This document shows, one piece after another, positions 37,398 through 47,938 of a stretch of DNA of 64,000 nt. Position numbers and translations under genes: made by a program. The notes below the pieces were generated by a model, which saw only the letters and a list, made by a program, of their open reading frames with translations, was not told the DNA's origin and searched no databases. Position 1 is the first letter of the stretch. The number at the start of each line of letters is the position of its first letter. The DNA comes from Lachnospiraceae bacterium. Lineage in GTDB: Bacteria; Bacillota; Clostridia; Lachnospirales; Lachnospiraceae. The stretch lies in contig JAZQDC010000013.1 of NCBI GenBank assembly GCA_045546575.1, forward strand, positions 50,256-114,255, given 5' to 3'.

Positions 37398-38635
37398 TAT
37401 TGATCTCCTATAATTCCATATTGGTGGCACATCTGTTTCAAATCTTCATAGAAGGTATGTTCCAAAGCTTTATTCGAAAAATGAATCGATGTAATACGAC
37501 ACAAAAACGTGCGAATCCAGGGAAGCAACTCCATAGAATCGTACACCTCGGCTCGAAAGCGACAGGTGTTCGCGTCAAGCAATTCTACTTCGCCACAACG
37601 TCGTTCTCGTAGTAGCCGTTGATATATATGCGGTTCATCATTATCAAAATGAATCGTAAATTCAACACTCTCCAGATGAGCTGCGGAATTGGTGGAAACG
37701 CCCCACATATGCTTCTGCATCTGCGCAAGTCGTTCTCTGTGTGTGAAAACAGAAGGGCAGACTTCTCCCAAACTAACCTTAGTAATATAGTCGATTCGCA
37801 TGGCGCGGATATGTCCGGAGCTTTGGTTCATAGCAAGAAGATATTGACGCCCGTTCTGCACACTTATGAATATCTTCAGAGGGAGAACAACCTGCGTAGT
37901 AGAGGGTTGTTTTCGCGGTTGAACACTGACGATTGTCGCATATTTTCCGGTACGAATTCCATCCAAAAGAGTGCAGACAATCTCACTCTCCATAGTGTGA
38001 GCGATGTAGTGATGTTTGAAGGAAAACATGCCATGTGTCTGCGGAATTCGATCCAATAGGTAACTTCCCAATACGCCACAAGGGGTAACCTCCGAAAAAT
38101 AGGATAGTGCATTGCCATAAGAATCAATGCAAGGAAGTGGTTTCAGAGAATAATACATGGTCTTGCCTTGCTTCGTGGCGTCTATAAGACCAAGTGAGGT
38201 ATATTCCTGCAACTTCTTTCGGACGGTGGATTCTTCGAAGAGTAGGGCGCAGCGAGAATCGGTCAAATATTCCTCGTCCATCTGATTCAAAATCTCTTTG
38301 AGGGTAAATGCGTAGGGGGGCTCCTGTAGAATATCCATTAAGATAAAATGCATCGTGATGTCGCCGTTGGTGAAACTCTTGGATTTCCAGGCCTTGTACA
38401 GAGGATTGTGCCCGGTGTTCCGACTGTCAATAGAAAGAAAGACATTTTTGCCGGACGGAGTCTGGCGAAAGCCCATATGCTCACCCAAATAACTCTCTAC
38501 GCGACGTCGTTCGTTATCATAAGATCTGGCGCTCTTCTCATGAAATTCTTCGCGACTCTTAAATCCATATACGTAGAACTCTCGCATGTAGCTGCGAATT
38601 CGATCGAAATTTTTAATCAGCTCGGTGTATGCCAT
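37397..38635 (-). CDS. WYL-domain transcriptional regulator (HTH-WYL-WCX; PafB/PafC-like partner)
   Basis: N-terminus MAYTELIKNFDRIRSYMREFYVYGFKSREEF is typical of the HTH-WYL regulator family. RBS GGAGAAAACC precedes the ATG. Confidence 0.65.
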   Translation of the reverse strand: MAYTELIKNFDRIRSYMREFYVYGFKSREEFHEKSARSYDNERRRVESYLGEHMGFRQTPSGKNVFLSIDSRNTGHNPLYKAWKSKSFTNGDITMHFILMDILQEPPYAFTLKEILNQMDEEYLTDSRCALLFEESTVRKKLQEYTSLGLIDATKQGKTMYYSLKPLPCIDSYGNALSYFSEVTPCGVLGSYLLDRIPQTHGMFSFKHHYIAHTMESEIVCTLLDGIRTGKYATIVSVQPRKQPSTTQVVLPLKIFISVQNGRQYLLAMNQSSGHIRAMRIDYITKVSLGEVCPSVFTHRERLAQMQKHMWGVSTNSAAHLESVEFTIHFDNDEPHIYQRLLRERRCGEVELLDANTCRFRAEVYDSMELLPWIRTFLCRITSIHFSNKALEHTFYEDLKQMCHQYGIIGDQ

Positions 38636-38935
38636 GGTTTTCTCCGGTGGAACAAGTTCATTTTTCGACATTGTAGCACACGGACAGAGGAAAATACAAC
38701 GGCAGAAGTGAAAAAAACGAAAAACCGGAAAAATGAACAAATTTCGAGGAGCCGTTTGGGCAGTTTTTTCGGGGAGCTTAAAATCTTTGTGCAACTTGTT
38801 TAAGACATTTTGAACAAACAAAAAATGGGCCTTCGTTAATGTTCACAAACTTGCATTTGAGGCACATTTTGTTGTTGACGGCGTGGGGTTTTGTGGCTTA
38901 ATATGGCGTCACCAACGAAACGGGAGGAAGAGACG

Positions 38936-39844
38936 ATGAAGGTAGTGACCTTGATTTTTCGTGAGAAACGATATCGAAATCGTATGGTCGAAGCGTTGCA
39001 GAAAGCGTTGCCCAGAGAATGGGTTGTAGCAGGTTTTGAGACTATAGAAAGTATGCTGAATTGGAGCGAGCGTAGGCGCGTCCGTGTAATTATTGTTGAG
39101 GATGCGTACCCGGATGGCGAAGAGTCGGAGCATTTGCGAAGATATGCGGAAGATACCGACACCTCATTGTTGTGGTTAAAAGAGGATCGTGAGGATCTGG
39201 AATACAATCAGATCTTTCGATATCAACCAATTGATCAGGTGGCGGAAGCGGTCTTGGATGCCGGAAAGCGCATGGACCGCAAAGAAAATATCCTCGGAAA
39301 ACGTCCACCAAATGGTTGTAATTTCTACGGCGTGTGGTCAGTTTCCGGAGGAAGCGGAGCTACGCAGACAGCTTATGGTTTGGCACGTCGTCTGGCAGTG
39401 AGAAATAAGACTTTGTTCTTGTGTTTGGACCCTACACCGGGATTGCCGGAGGAGATCACGGAGGGAGAAGGAGATGTATCGGAACTCATTTATCTGCTGC
39501 GGGAGTACGGGGAGAACTGGGTTGACAAGGAAGACCAGTGCACCAGAGGCGGCGGAGGTTTCTACTATATTAGCGGATTGGTTGGACTGTCGGATCTAAG
39601 TCTGTTCGGAGAGGCTGAGGTGGAAGCTTTGATACAAGGAATTCAATTGCTGGGCTATTGGAATGTAGTAATAGATTTCGGGAGTGTATGCGGAGCACAT
39701 GTGGAGTTACTGCGACGATGCGATATCATTTATGCAGTAGGTGATAGTAGAGGACGTAAGTGGATAAGTTTCAAAAGACAAGCGGAAGTCGAGGGGATTT
39801 TTAACCGTGTGAAGCGGTTCGAAGAGAGTGAGATGGTTGTATGA
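38936..39844 (+). CDS. tadZ: TadZ/CpaE-like pilus assembly protein (receiver-like N-terminal domain plus ParA/MinD-like ATPase with a degenerate P-loop)
   Basis: N-terminal REC-like fold (RVIIVEDAYPDGEE). P-loop region GVWSVSGGSGATQTAYGLA. First gene of the Tad cluster. Confidence 0.55.
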   Translation: MKVVTLIFREKRYRNRMVEALQKALPREWVVAGFETIESMLNWSERRRVRVIIVEDAYPDGEESEHLRRYAEDTDTSLLWLKEDREDLEYNQIFRYQPIDQVAEAVLDAGKRMDRKENILGKRPPNGCNFYGVWSVSGGSGATQTAYGLARRLAVRNKTLFLCLDPTPGLPEEITEGEGDVSELIYLLREYGENWVDKEDQCTRGGGGFYYISGLVGLSDLSLFGEAEVEALIQGIQLLGYWNVVIDFGSVCGAHVELLRRCDIIYAVGDSRGRKWISFKRQAEVEGIFNRVKRFEESEMVV

Positions 39845-41145
39845 GGGACAAAGAAGAACTCTTTCGTAGAGAAACTTTATGTCAAGTACTTTCCGATGAA
39901 GTATTGGCACGAATTGATGGCTCTCGTGAGATAAGTGATGAAGAACTATCGGAGATGATTGAAGACACCATACGTACGCATGGGAGGGGTACCGAGCTGA
40001 CGGTGTTCCAACGGTTACGAGCTAAGAAGGATGTGTTTAATGCCTTACGTCGTTGGGATATCCTCGAAGAACCTCTTGAAGATGAGTCGGTAACGGAGAT
40101 TATGGTCAACGGTCCGGATCAAATATTTCTTGAGAAAGACGGAAAAATCATTCGAAGCGAATATCGGTTTGCGGATGAGCGCAGATTGGAAACTGTAGTA
40201 CAACGAATTTCTTCATCGGCGAATCGTATTTTGAATGAGTCTCAGCCCATTGCCGACATTATGCTGGAAGGGGGCGCGCGAGCCAATATTGTACTACCTC
40301 CGGTATCTCTGGAAGGGATTGCACTAACAATACGTAAGTTCCCGAAGGAGCGCATTACGATGGAGCGTTTGGTGGAGATGAAGTCCATTTCGCGAGAGGC
40401 GGCGGATTATCTGCAGGTCTTGGTGCAATCCGGGTATAACATCTTTGTAAGTGGAGGAACAGGTGCCGGGAAGACAACATTTCTTAATGCTTTGTCGGAA
40501 TATATTGATCCGTCGGAACGCGTAATTACCATTGAGGATTCTGCGGAGCTACAACTACAAAACATTCCGAACTTGGTACGACTGGAAGTACGAAATGCTA
40601 ACATGGAAGGAAATCATGCAATCACCATTCGTGATTTGATTAAATGCTCCCTGCGTATGCGACCATCCAGAATTATTGTGGGCGAGGTGCGGGATGCGGC
40701 AAGTATAGATATGTTGCAATCATTGAATACAGGCCATAACGGAATGAGTACAGGTCATGCAAATTCTCCGGCGGACATGCTGTCAAGAATTGAAACGATG
40801 GTGTTATTGGGAGAAGAAATTCCTTTGCTTGCAGTTCGAAAGCAGATTGCATCCGCAATCGATATCATTGTGCAATTAGGACGTTTGCGAGATAAAAGCC
40901 GGAGGGTGTTGGAGATTACCGAAGTTGTGGAATGTATTGACGGAGAGATCCGATTGAATCCGTTGTTCTGTTTTCAGGAAGAAGCAGAGGAAGCGGACGG
41001 AAGTATTTGCGGCGGATTATACGCAACCGGATCATCGCTTCGGCGCAGGGGGAAGTTGTTGGCAGCCGGGCTTACACTGCCGAAAGGAATGGCGGATATT
41101 ACCAAGAAGGAAGGAATGGAGCCTATCGGAGGTGATGTTATTTGA
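39841..41145 (+). CDS. cpaF: CpaF/TadA-family type IV pilus/secretion ATPase
   Basis: Walker A VSGGTGAGKTTFLNAL; ...ITIEDSAELQL...; His box NTGHNGMSTGHANS. Confidence 0.93.
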   Translation: MRDKEELFRRETLCQVLSDEVLARIDGSREISDEELSEMIEDTIRTHGRGTELTVFQRLRAKKDVFNALRRWDILEEPLEDESVTEIMVNGPDQIFLEKDGKIIRSEYRFADERRLETVVQRISSSANRILNESQPIADIMLEGGARANIVLPPVSLEGIALTIRKFPKERITMERLVEMKSISREAADYLQVLVQSGYNIFVSGGTGAGKTTFLNALSEYIDPSERVITIEDSAELQLQNIPNLVRLEVRNANMEGNHAITIRDLIKCSLRMRPSRIIVGEVRDAASIDMLQSLNTGHNGMSTGHANSPADMLSRIETMVLLGEEIPLLAVRKQIASAIDIIVQLGRLRDKSRRVLEITEVVECIDGEIRLNPLFCFQEEAEEADGSICGGLYATGSSLRRRGKLLAAGLTLPKGMADITKKEGMEPIGGDVI

Positions 41146-41849
41146 TTGTCTTTCGTGCAATTGTTAAGAATATTGTTATCTGTGGTTTGACCGCATATTT
41201 ATTTTTTCAAAACGGGTGGAGTCTTGTTGTACTGATACCGTTCTATATTCATCGGATTCGTCGAGAAATAAAACATCAAGAGATTTTGCGTAAAAAGAGG
41301 ATAGAAGAACAATTCCGGGACGGGTTGCAATGCCTTTTGGCAGCGCTGGAGGCTGGTTATAGCATGGAGAACAGCATTGTCCATGCAACGAAGGATCTGA
41401 AGGGCATGTTTGGCGAGAAGGAACCGATTGTACAGGAATTTCAGTGGATGGAGCACAAACTCAGCACCGGAAGTATGGCAGAGGAGTTGTTAGAACAATT
41501 CGGGGAACGAAGCGCAATAGAAGATGTTCGTAATTTTGCCGGTGTATATACCATTGCAAAGAGAACCGGAGGGGATGTAACTAAGGTGATTCGTTCGGTG
41601 ACCGATATTTTGTATCAAAAACACGAGGTACAGAGAGAGATTCAGACGATTTTATTGGCGAAGCAGATGGAAGTGGCGATTATGAAGGTAATGCCCTATG
41701 GAATATTGCTCTACTTTCATATGTTTTCCGAAGGGTTTTTGGCACCACTATATGCAGGTGTTACAGGACATTTGTTGATGGCCGTGATCTTTGCAATCTA
41801 TCTGTTCTGTTGCAATGCGGCAGAGACGATTGCGACGGTAGATATTTAA
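41142..41849 (+). CDS. tadB: TadB-like pilus assembly membrane protein (T2SS-F domain)
   Basis: Polytopic membrane protein directly after cpaF with a 4-bp overlap. Confidence 0.7.
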   Translation: MIVFRAIVKNIVICGLTAYLFFQNGWSLVVLIPFYIHRIRREIKHQEILRKKRIEEQFRDGLQCLLAALEAGYSMENSIVHATKDLKGMFGEKEPIVQEFQWMEHKLSTGSMAEELLEQFGERSAIEDVRNFAGVYTIAKRTGGDVTKVIRSVTDILYQKHEVQREIQTILLAKQMEVAIMKVMPYGILLYFHMFSEGFLAPLYAGVTGHLLMAVIFAIYLFCCNAAETIATVDI

Positions 41850-41918
41850 AGGACAAGCCAGAAGAACCGACGAAGGAACGGACAAGTTTACATAGTATGA
41901 AGAAGGAGAGAACGTATT

Positions 41919-43376
41919 ATGGTGGGAATCATTATAGGAATAGGAATACTTCTCGTAACCATAGGATTGGCGACAGGGAGTGTTGTGTATAAAGCGAGGG
42001 CAGAACCTGAGATGTGGAAGCGGAGTACATTTTCGCAGAGATTTTTGTTCATGGGATATTGGTATTTCCGTGCGCGGAGGGCAGTTCTCGGAAAGTTGCA
42101 GCTAGAGGATCAGGAAGAACGTTACTTCCAAGGAATCTATATAAATGAGCAGCCGGAGATGAAAAGAACGGAAGATAGTTGTAGACAAGGCTTGGTTGTA
42201 TTGACGGTTTTATTTGCGTTAGCAATCGGATTGTTGGGAATGTCTTTGTCGGGAGCATTTCGCGACACGCGAATCATTGCACTGGAACGACCGGAAGAAG
42301 GAACGGGCGTGCGTTATCTGAAGGCAAAATATCAAGGAAAGGAGTATGAGATTTCCCTTTCGGTTACGGAGAAGCAGATGACAACAGCGGAAGTTCTGGA
42401 AGCTTGGGGAACTGCAAGGACGAAACTGACAACGTGGATACTCGGTGCAAATGAAAGTTTGGATCAAGTGACGGAGTCGTTAACGCTTATTGATCATATT
42501 CCCGGGACAGCCATTGGAATTCAGTGGTTCACCTCTGACTATAAAGTTGTGGACTATGAAGGGAATGTACATAACGAGTATGCCGGACCGGAAGGAAGTA
42601 AAGTTTTGCTCACTGCAGTGATGTCTTATGGGGACTGGGAGGAACGAACGGATATCGAAGTTACGGTGCTTCCATCAGAGGAAATCGGGATAGATAAGAT
42701 TCAAGAGCAATTGCACCAGTTACTTTTGGACTATTCGGAAGAGCAGAAGAACTCAGAGCAGATTGAACTTCCTAAAGAGTGGAACCGAGAGCCTGTTTGG
42801 TTCTACATGAAGAGCGAACGGTCTCCGTGGCTATTGGTAGCCCTGGCACTTTTGGCAGTGTTCGGCCTATCGTTAGCATGGGAAAGTGGGCGAAAACAGA
42901 GAAAAAAGGAACGTGAGCAACAACTGTTGGTGGACTATCCGGATGTGGTGAGCAAATTGACGCTGCTACTGGAAGCAGGAATGACACCGCGTTATGCGTG
43001 GGAGAGAATGGTGACGGATTATCAACGAAGGAAGGATAGAGACGGCCAACGACGATATGCATATGAGGAGATGCTTCGGTGCAGAAATCAGATGGCGGCC
43101 GGGGGACGAGAGGAGCAGATTTATGAAAGCTTTGGGAAGCGATGCGGGAACATACGGTATCTACGACTGTCTTCTGTGCTGGTACAAAATCTGAAGAAAG
43201 GTACGGCAAGCATCGTTCCTTTGTTACAAAAAGAGGCGGCGGAAGCGTTTTCCGACCGTAAAGAACGAGCAAAACAAGCGGGAGAGGAAGCAGGAACAAA
43301 ATTGCTTCTGCCCATGGGAGGAATCTTGGTTTTAATATTAGCCATTGTGATGATTCCTGCATTTATGGCCTTTTAG
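41919..43376 (+). CDS. tadC: TadC-like membrane protein with a long N-terminal extracytoplasmic extension (T2SS-F domain at the C-terminus)
   Basis: C-terminus ...LLEAGMTPRYAWERM... plus a terminal TM helix. N-terminal TM plus a periplasmic region of about 250 aa. Confidence 0.65.
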   Translation: MVGIIIGIGILLVTIGLATGSVVYKARAEPEMWKRSTFSQRFLFMGYWYFRARRAVLGKLQLEDQEERYFQGIYINEQPEMKRTEDSCRQGLVVLTVLFALAIGLLGMSLSGAFRDTRIIALERPEEGTGVRYLKAKYQGKEYEISLSVTEKQMTTAEVLEAWGTARTKLTTWILGANESLDQVTESLTLIDHIPGTAIGIQWFTSDYKVVDYEGNVHNEYAGPEGSKVLLTAVMSYGDWEERTDIEVTVLPSEEIGIDKIQEQLHQLLLDYSEEQKNSEQIELPKEWNREPVWFYMKSERSPWLLVALALLAVFGLSLAWESGRKQRKKEREQQLLVDYPDVVSKLTLLLEAGMTPRYAWERMVTDYQRRKDRDGQRRYAYEEMLRCRNQMAAGGREEQIYESFGKRCGNIRYLRLSSVLVQNLKKGTASIVPLLQKEAAEAFSDRKERAKQAGEEAGTKLLLPMGGILVLILAIVMIPAFMAF

Positions 43377-43393
43377 GCAGAAAGGGAGAAGAT

Positions 43394-43591
43394 ATGAAGA
43401 GATTATGGTATCGAGTAAAAGCAACATTTGAGGGGTTTCAACAGGATCAACGTGGAATCGGTGTCGTGGAGATAATTCTTATTTTGGTTATTCTCATCGG
43501 ACTTGTTCTTATATTCAAAAACGAAATTTCTACTATTATTTCTACGGCATTTGATTCGATCAAACTGAACTCTGAGGCAATTGTCAAATGA
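43394..43591 (+). CDS. flp: Flp-family type IVb pilin
   Basis: 65 aa; ...QRGIGVVEIILILVILIGLVLIF has the Flp G/xxxxEI processing motif and a hydrophobic helix. Confidence 0.85.
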   Translation: MKRLWYRVKATFEGFQQDQRGIGVVEIILILVILIGLVLIFKNEISTIISTAFDSIKLNSEAIVK

Positions 43592-45843
43592 GAAGACGAG
43601 GACTCGAAGGTGCAGTTACGGTGTTTCTAACCTTTGTGTTATTTTTGGTGCTGTCGCTTGTGTTGGTAAGTCTGGAATCGGCGCGGCAGCAGGCGACAGC
43701 AACCATGGTAAGAATGAATCTCGCTCAAGCTCTGGAGTCCACATTGGGGCACTATTATGCGCCATTGTACGACGAGTATGGAATTTACGGCTTGTATGAA
43801 GATACACCTGAGAATTTGGCGCGCGGGTATGCCGATGCTTCGGCCAATCCGACAGAGAATCTTCCTGTGGGATATATGGGGAACGAAGAGTCAGGGTATT
43901 CTTATGCATACGAGATAACGGAATTGGCCTTGACTTCTGCAACACGTTTGACAGATGGGGGAGGTACACTCTGTAAGCGTCAAATGACGGAAGTGGGAGT
44001 GTATTGCGGAGTAGAGGCTTTGGCACAAGAACTGCTGGCAGCAGTAAATCTCTTGGAAAGTACAGAGGCAACACTGGGCATTTTGGAGGAGAAGATGGCA
44101 GTGGAGGAAAAGTTATCGGAGATCGATGAATTGCTGCTGAAACTTATGCCGGTATTGGATGGAGTGTCCACAGAAGAGGATGGCGTTATCTTCGACAAAG
44201 GTGGAAAGATCGTGATTACGAATACCTATGTAAAACAATTGGTCCCCGGCGCGATTACACAAGATGCGGTGTTAATCAATAATATGGAGTTCTATCGGCA
44301 ATTACAGCCGCATTACGTGAACGGAAATAAGTATATAGAGGATATTTTGTATTTGGCAAATAGCATGAATGCCGAAAATGCAACAGAGATAACGGGAAGG
44401 ATGCTGGAATTGCAAGCGCAACTACAAGCGGTAACATTAGGAGCACTGATAAATCTTCAACCGGCCATTGAATACGTAACGAAGATACAAACAATTCAAC
44501 AGAAAGTACGACCGTTGGTGGAATCCTATGAAAAACTCCTTCTGGGAGTGGATGACCTTCTTGAGAATGATGTGAAGAACATGTTGTCAGACAGTCTTGC
44601 GGATATGAAGAACTATGTGGGCATGGAAAGTGATGCTGCAGGCTATGATTTTGGAGGAATGCTGCTGACGCTACAGAACAATCAGATTATCTTGCAGGAG
44701 ATGCAGGAGTTGTTTGTAATACCGTTGGCAAATGTGGGAGCAAGAGAGTGGTGTGAGGCATATCGGGATATGCAGGTACTGTTTGAGGACTATTCATTAG
44801 AGAATCTGTATATTGATTATGAATATGTTCGAAAAGCTACGACTGCGGAGGAATCACTGTGGGCTTTGATTCGCGGATTCATTCTGGATGAATTGAGTGA
44901 AGGATTGTTCCCGGAGAGTGTTATTTTCTCGTCGCGTGATGTTTGGAATGAAAGTTTACCGTCGGATATGATGTCCGGTGCAGAGAGAGATCTGTTCTTG
45001 ACTGCAAATTTGGAAGACACCGAGATGAGCTGGGATCTGATACGTCAATTTTTCGGAGAAGACGGACTGCAGAAACTGTTGGACTATTTGGCTGATGGCG
45101 TGGAGGCTATGGCAGAGAAATTGCTGTTGATTGTCTATATGGAGGAACATTTTTCGTGTTATACGGACAATGCGAACAAGGGAGCGTTGCGATATGAGCA
45201 GGAGTACCTGATATTCGGACACAAATTCGACAAGTCGAATGTAGAAGCGGCGGCACTTGGTATCCTGGGGCTTCGAGTGGCAATGAATGTGGTTCATACA
45301 TTCACCGATCCGGCAAAGAATGCGCAGGCAACGGAATGCGCGACGACACTTTTGGGAGCAGTGGGAATGCCGTTTTTGATATCGTTGTGTAAATACATTG
45401 TTTTATTTGTCTGGGGAGTTCAGAATGCGCAAGTGGAAACTGCTGCGATTTTGCAAGGGAAGGAAGTACCGTTTCTCGTGAGTACGAAATCTTGTCAAGT
45501 GGCATTTGGAGAGGTGTTTACCATGGGAAAGGACACGCGGCTTGAGAAGGCAAAGAATTATTCCGAAAGAGGAACGGGAGCATTAGATTATGAGCATTAT
45601 TTGTTGCTGTTTATGTTGCTTTGTAATGAGGATACCTTGACAGCCAGGGCGATGGATGTAATTCAATGCAACCTCCGGCTGTATTATGACCCGGAATTCG
45701 AGCTGAGAAAATGTTATTTTGGCTTCGGAGTTCTGCTTCGGGCAGAGGTACCGGCATTATATACTACAGTTTCTTTTGGCGGATATGCACCTCAGCGCAA
45801 TGTGAAATATGAGATTTCGATGGAAGATGCGGTCTCTTATTAG
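43588..45843 (+). CDS. Large (751 aa) TadE/TadG-like pseudopilin-family protein
   Basis: N-terminus RRRGLEGAVTVFLTFVLFLVLSLVLVSL is TadE-like. The remainder has no recognisable domain. Confidence 0.5.
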   Translation: MRRRGLEGAVTVFLTFVLFLVLSLVLVSLESARQQATATMVRMNLAQALESTLGHYYAPLYDEYGIYGLYEDTPENLARGYADASANPTENLPVGYMGNEESGYSYAYEITELALTSATRLTDGGGTLCKRQMTEVGVYCGVEALAQELLAAVNLLESTEATLGILEEKMAVEEKLSEIDELLLKLMPVLDGVSTEEDGVIFDKGGKIVITNTYVKQLVPGAITQDAVLINNMEFYRQLQPHYVNGNKYIEDILYLANSMNAENATEITGRMLELQAQLQAVTLGALINLQPAIEYVTKIQTIQQKVRPLVESYEKLLLGVDDLLENDVKNMLSDSLADMKNYVGMESDAAGYDFGGMLLTLQNNQIILQEMQELFVIPLANVGAREWCEAYRDMQVLFEDYSLENLYIDYEYVRKATTAEESLWALIRGFILDELSEGLFPESVIFSSRDVWNESLPSDMMSGAERDLFLTANLEDTEMSWDLIRQFFGEDGLQKLLDYLADGVEAMAEKLLLIVYMEEHFSCYTDNANKGALRYEQEYLIFGHKFDKSNVEAAALGILGLRVAMNVVHTFTDPAKNAQATECATTLLGAVGMPFLISLCKYIVLFVWGVQNAQVETAAILQGKEVPFLVSTKSCQVAFGEVFTMGKDTRLEKAKNYSERGTGALDYEHYLLLFMLLCNEDTLTARAMDVIQCNLRLYYDPEFELRKCYFGFGVLLRAEVPALYTTVSFGGYAPQRNVKYEISMEDAVSY

Positions 45844-45944
45844 AGGCCTCTCTTCCGGAAGCTGTTTTGTTACATCTCTTTCTACTATCTCTAGACTCTC
45901 TCCAGGCATATATAATGACAAAACAGCTTCCCGAGGAGGGGAGG

Positions 45945-46799
45945 ATAATGATGAAAAAGAAGGACACATGGGACGTGCAAGGCTCTCTTACGACAGAGGC
46001 GGCCTTTGCCGTGCCTATATTCTTTTTTGCCGTATATGCATTTCTGCAATTATTTCTGTTCTTTCATGTGCAAACCGAGGTGCAACGAAGTATGAGTGTA
46101 CTAGTGCGAGAAATAGCGGAGTACGGTAATTTGGTTGCTTCGGTTCACAATCTTTTGGCATCGGATGAGCAGGAGACAATACTACAAGAGTATGGATTTG
46201 ACGCACTGGTTGCAAGTGTTACGGAACAGACCTATCTGACATATCGTATGAAAAATGCGGTACAGGATGCGGAGTGGATACGATTTATTAGAAATGGTGC
46301 CTTGGGATTGGATCTGAGCGGTTCGGAATTTTATGAAGAAGACGGGGAGATCCGTCTTGTTGTATCATATCATTTTCGGATACCGGGTGTGTTATTCGTA
46401 CCAATCTCCATTCCGGTGATACAACGAATAGAAGCCAGAGGCTTCTATGGGTACGGGTGGGAGAGTATTGAATCTCAGGAAATACCGGAGGAAGTGTATG
46501 TCGCAGATAACAGTACGGTGTACCATCGGTATTCTACATGTACGTATCTCAAGGTCTCTGTACGCCAAGTACTGGCAAATAAGATTGACGGAGAGCGTAA
46601 TCAATCGGGTGGAATATATTATCTGTGCGGTGCATGCAAGAAGAAACCAATGGGAGACGTTGTGTATATTGCAACTTATGGGGATCGGTATCACACAACC
46701 ATGGAGTGTTCGAATATTCGAAGAAATATTCAGAGCATTTCTCTGGAGGAGGCAGAAAGTAGAGGTTTGGCCGAATGCAGTAAATGTGGTAAGAAATAA
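45945..46799 (+). CDS. TadE-like protein with a C-terminal 4-Cys zinc-ribbon-like motif
   Basis: N-terminus ...GSLTTEAAFAVPIFFFAVYAFLQLF. C-terminus YLCGACKKKP...AECSKCGKK. Confidence 0.55.
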   Translation: MMMKKKDTWDVQGSLTTEAAFAVPIFFFAVYAFLQLFLFFHVQTEVQRSMSVLVREIAEYGNLVASVHNLLASDEQETILQEYGFDALVASVTEQTYLTYRMKNAVQDAEWIRFIRNGALGLDLSGSEFYEEDGEIRLVVSYHFRIPGVLFVPISIPVIQRIEARGFYGYGWESIESQEIPEEVYVADNSTVYHRYSTCTYLKVSVRQVLANKIDGERNQSGGIYYLCGACKKKPMGDVVYIATYGDRYHTTMECSNIRRNIQSISLEEAESRGLAECSKCGKK

Positions 46800-46813
46800 A
46801 GGAGGCTACAAAG

Positions 46814-47248
46814 ATGGAAAACGGGATTTTGAGCATTCTGGGATTGGTTATGGGAGTTGGGAGTGTGTATGATATTAGATATCAGCGGATCCCCGTTTGG
46901 CTTCTAGGAGGTGGGGCTTTGGTGTTGTGCACATTCGTGCTAATAGAAGGCGATGTATTTTCGCCCATTCGTATTATGGGACTGGTACCGGGGGTTGTGA
47001 TCGGAATTGTAGGGCATCTGTGCAAAGCGGTTGGTAGTGGAGATGGTGTTCTGATTGTTTTGATTGGATATGTACTTGGGATATGGAATTTGTGCACGAT
47101 TTTGTGTGCTGCCTTTGCCTTGTTAATGGTGGTAGCGGGGTGTCTGGTGTGCATCAAGAAGATTGGGAGGAAGAGCAAATTGCCGTTTTACCCATTTGCT
47201 ACAGTAGGATATCTTCTAATGTTGTGTTCTATGTGGGGTGCATTATGA
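46814..47248 (+). CDS. tadV: Prepilin peptidase (A24 family, TadV/CpaA-like)
   Basis: 144-aa polytopic protein with conserved Asp residues (VYDIRYQRIP...GSGDGVLI). Confidence 0.8.
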   Translation: MENGILSILGLVMGVGSVYDIRYQRIPVWLLGGGALVLCTFVLIEGDVFSPIRIMGLVPGVVIGIVGHLCKAVGSGDGVLIVLIGYVLGIWNLCTILCAAFALLMVVAGCLVCIKKIGRKSKLPFYPFATVGYLLMLCSMWGAL

Positions 47249-47874
47249 TACTGAGATACGAACAAGGAGAAAGCGAAAATGTCAAAGCACAAAAAGTGCA
47301 AATGATTGAAGGGTCATACACTGTCGAAGCAGTGTTCTTAATGCCAATGATTACGGTTATTGTTTTTTTGCTAATCTTGGTTGCAATGTTCCTTCGAGAT
47401 GTATCTGTGGCACGGAGCATTGCCTACGAGGCTTTGTTGGAAGGACGGCAACTGGTGGAATGCGATGTGATTCCCGGCACCGATGATACTATGTATGAGC
47501 GAACGTTGCAGAATGGAATTTTTTCGAGGATATTAAGAGATACCTATGAGGAAGATGCGGGAGTTACAACAAGTTATTTTGGAAAAAATCTTGTAAACCG
47601 GCTGTGGATTGGTGAGTTCCGAAATGTAGACGTGGATGTAACGGAATCAAAAATACAAGTAACGGTTTCTGTAGTAGCATCGGGGCCATTTGCAGGGCTT
47701 TGGGAATGGATTCCGGGAGGATTCTTCAGTGAAGAGATTGTATTTGAAGAGGATTGGCATGACGTATCCGAAAAGACAAGAATATATACAGCTGTAGTAC
47801 GAACCGGTTTACGTATAAAGGGGGCGGACGCAGTAATCTCGGGCTTACGAAAGCTGCTGGGAGGTGAAGAGTAG
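47245..47874 (+). CDS. TadE-like pseudopilin protein
   Basis: N-terminus ...IEGSYTVEAVFLMPMITVIVFLLILVAMFL. Start codon overlaps the tadV stop. Confidence 0.55.
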   Translation: MILRYEQGESENVKAQKVQMIEGSYTVEAVFLMPMITVIVFLLILVAMFLRDVSVARSIAYEALLEGRQLVECDVIPGTDDTMYERTLQNGIFSRILRDTYEEDAGVTTSYFGKNLVNRLWIGEFRNVDVDVTESKIQVTVSVVASGPFAGLWEWIPGGFFSEEIVFEEDWHDVSEKTRIYTAVVRTGLRIKGADAVISGLRKLLGGEE

Positions 47875-47938
47875 TGTATGATTGGGAGCATGTAAAGGAT
47901 GATTTCTATGATGGTCCAAGGAAGAGGAGGAAGAAGAC

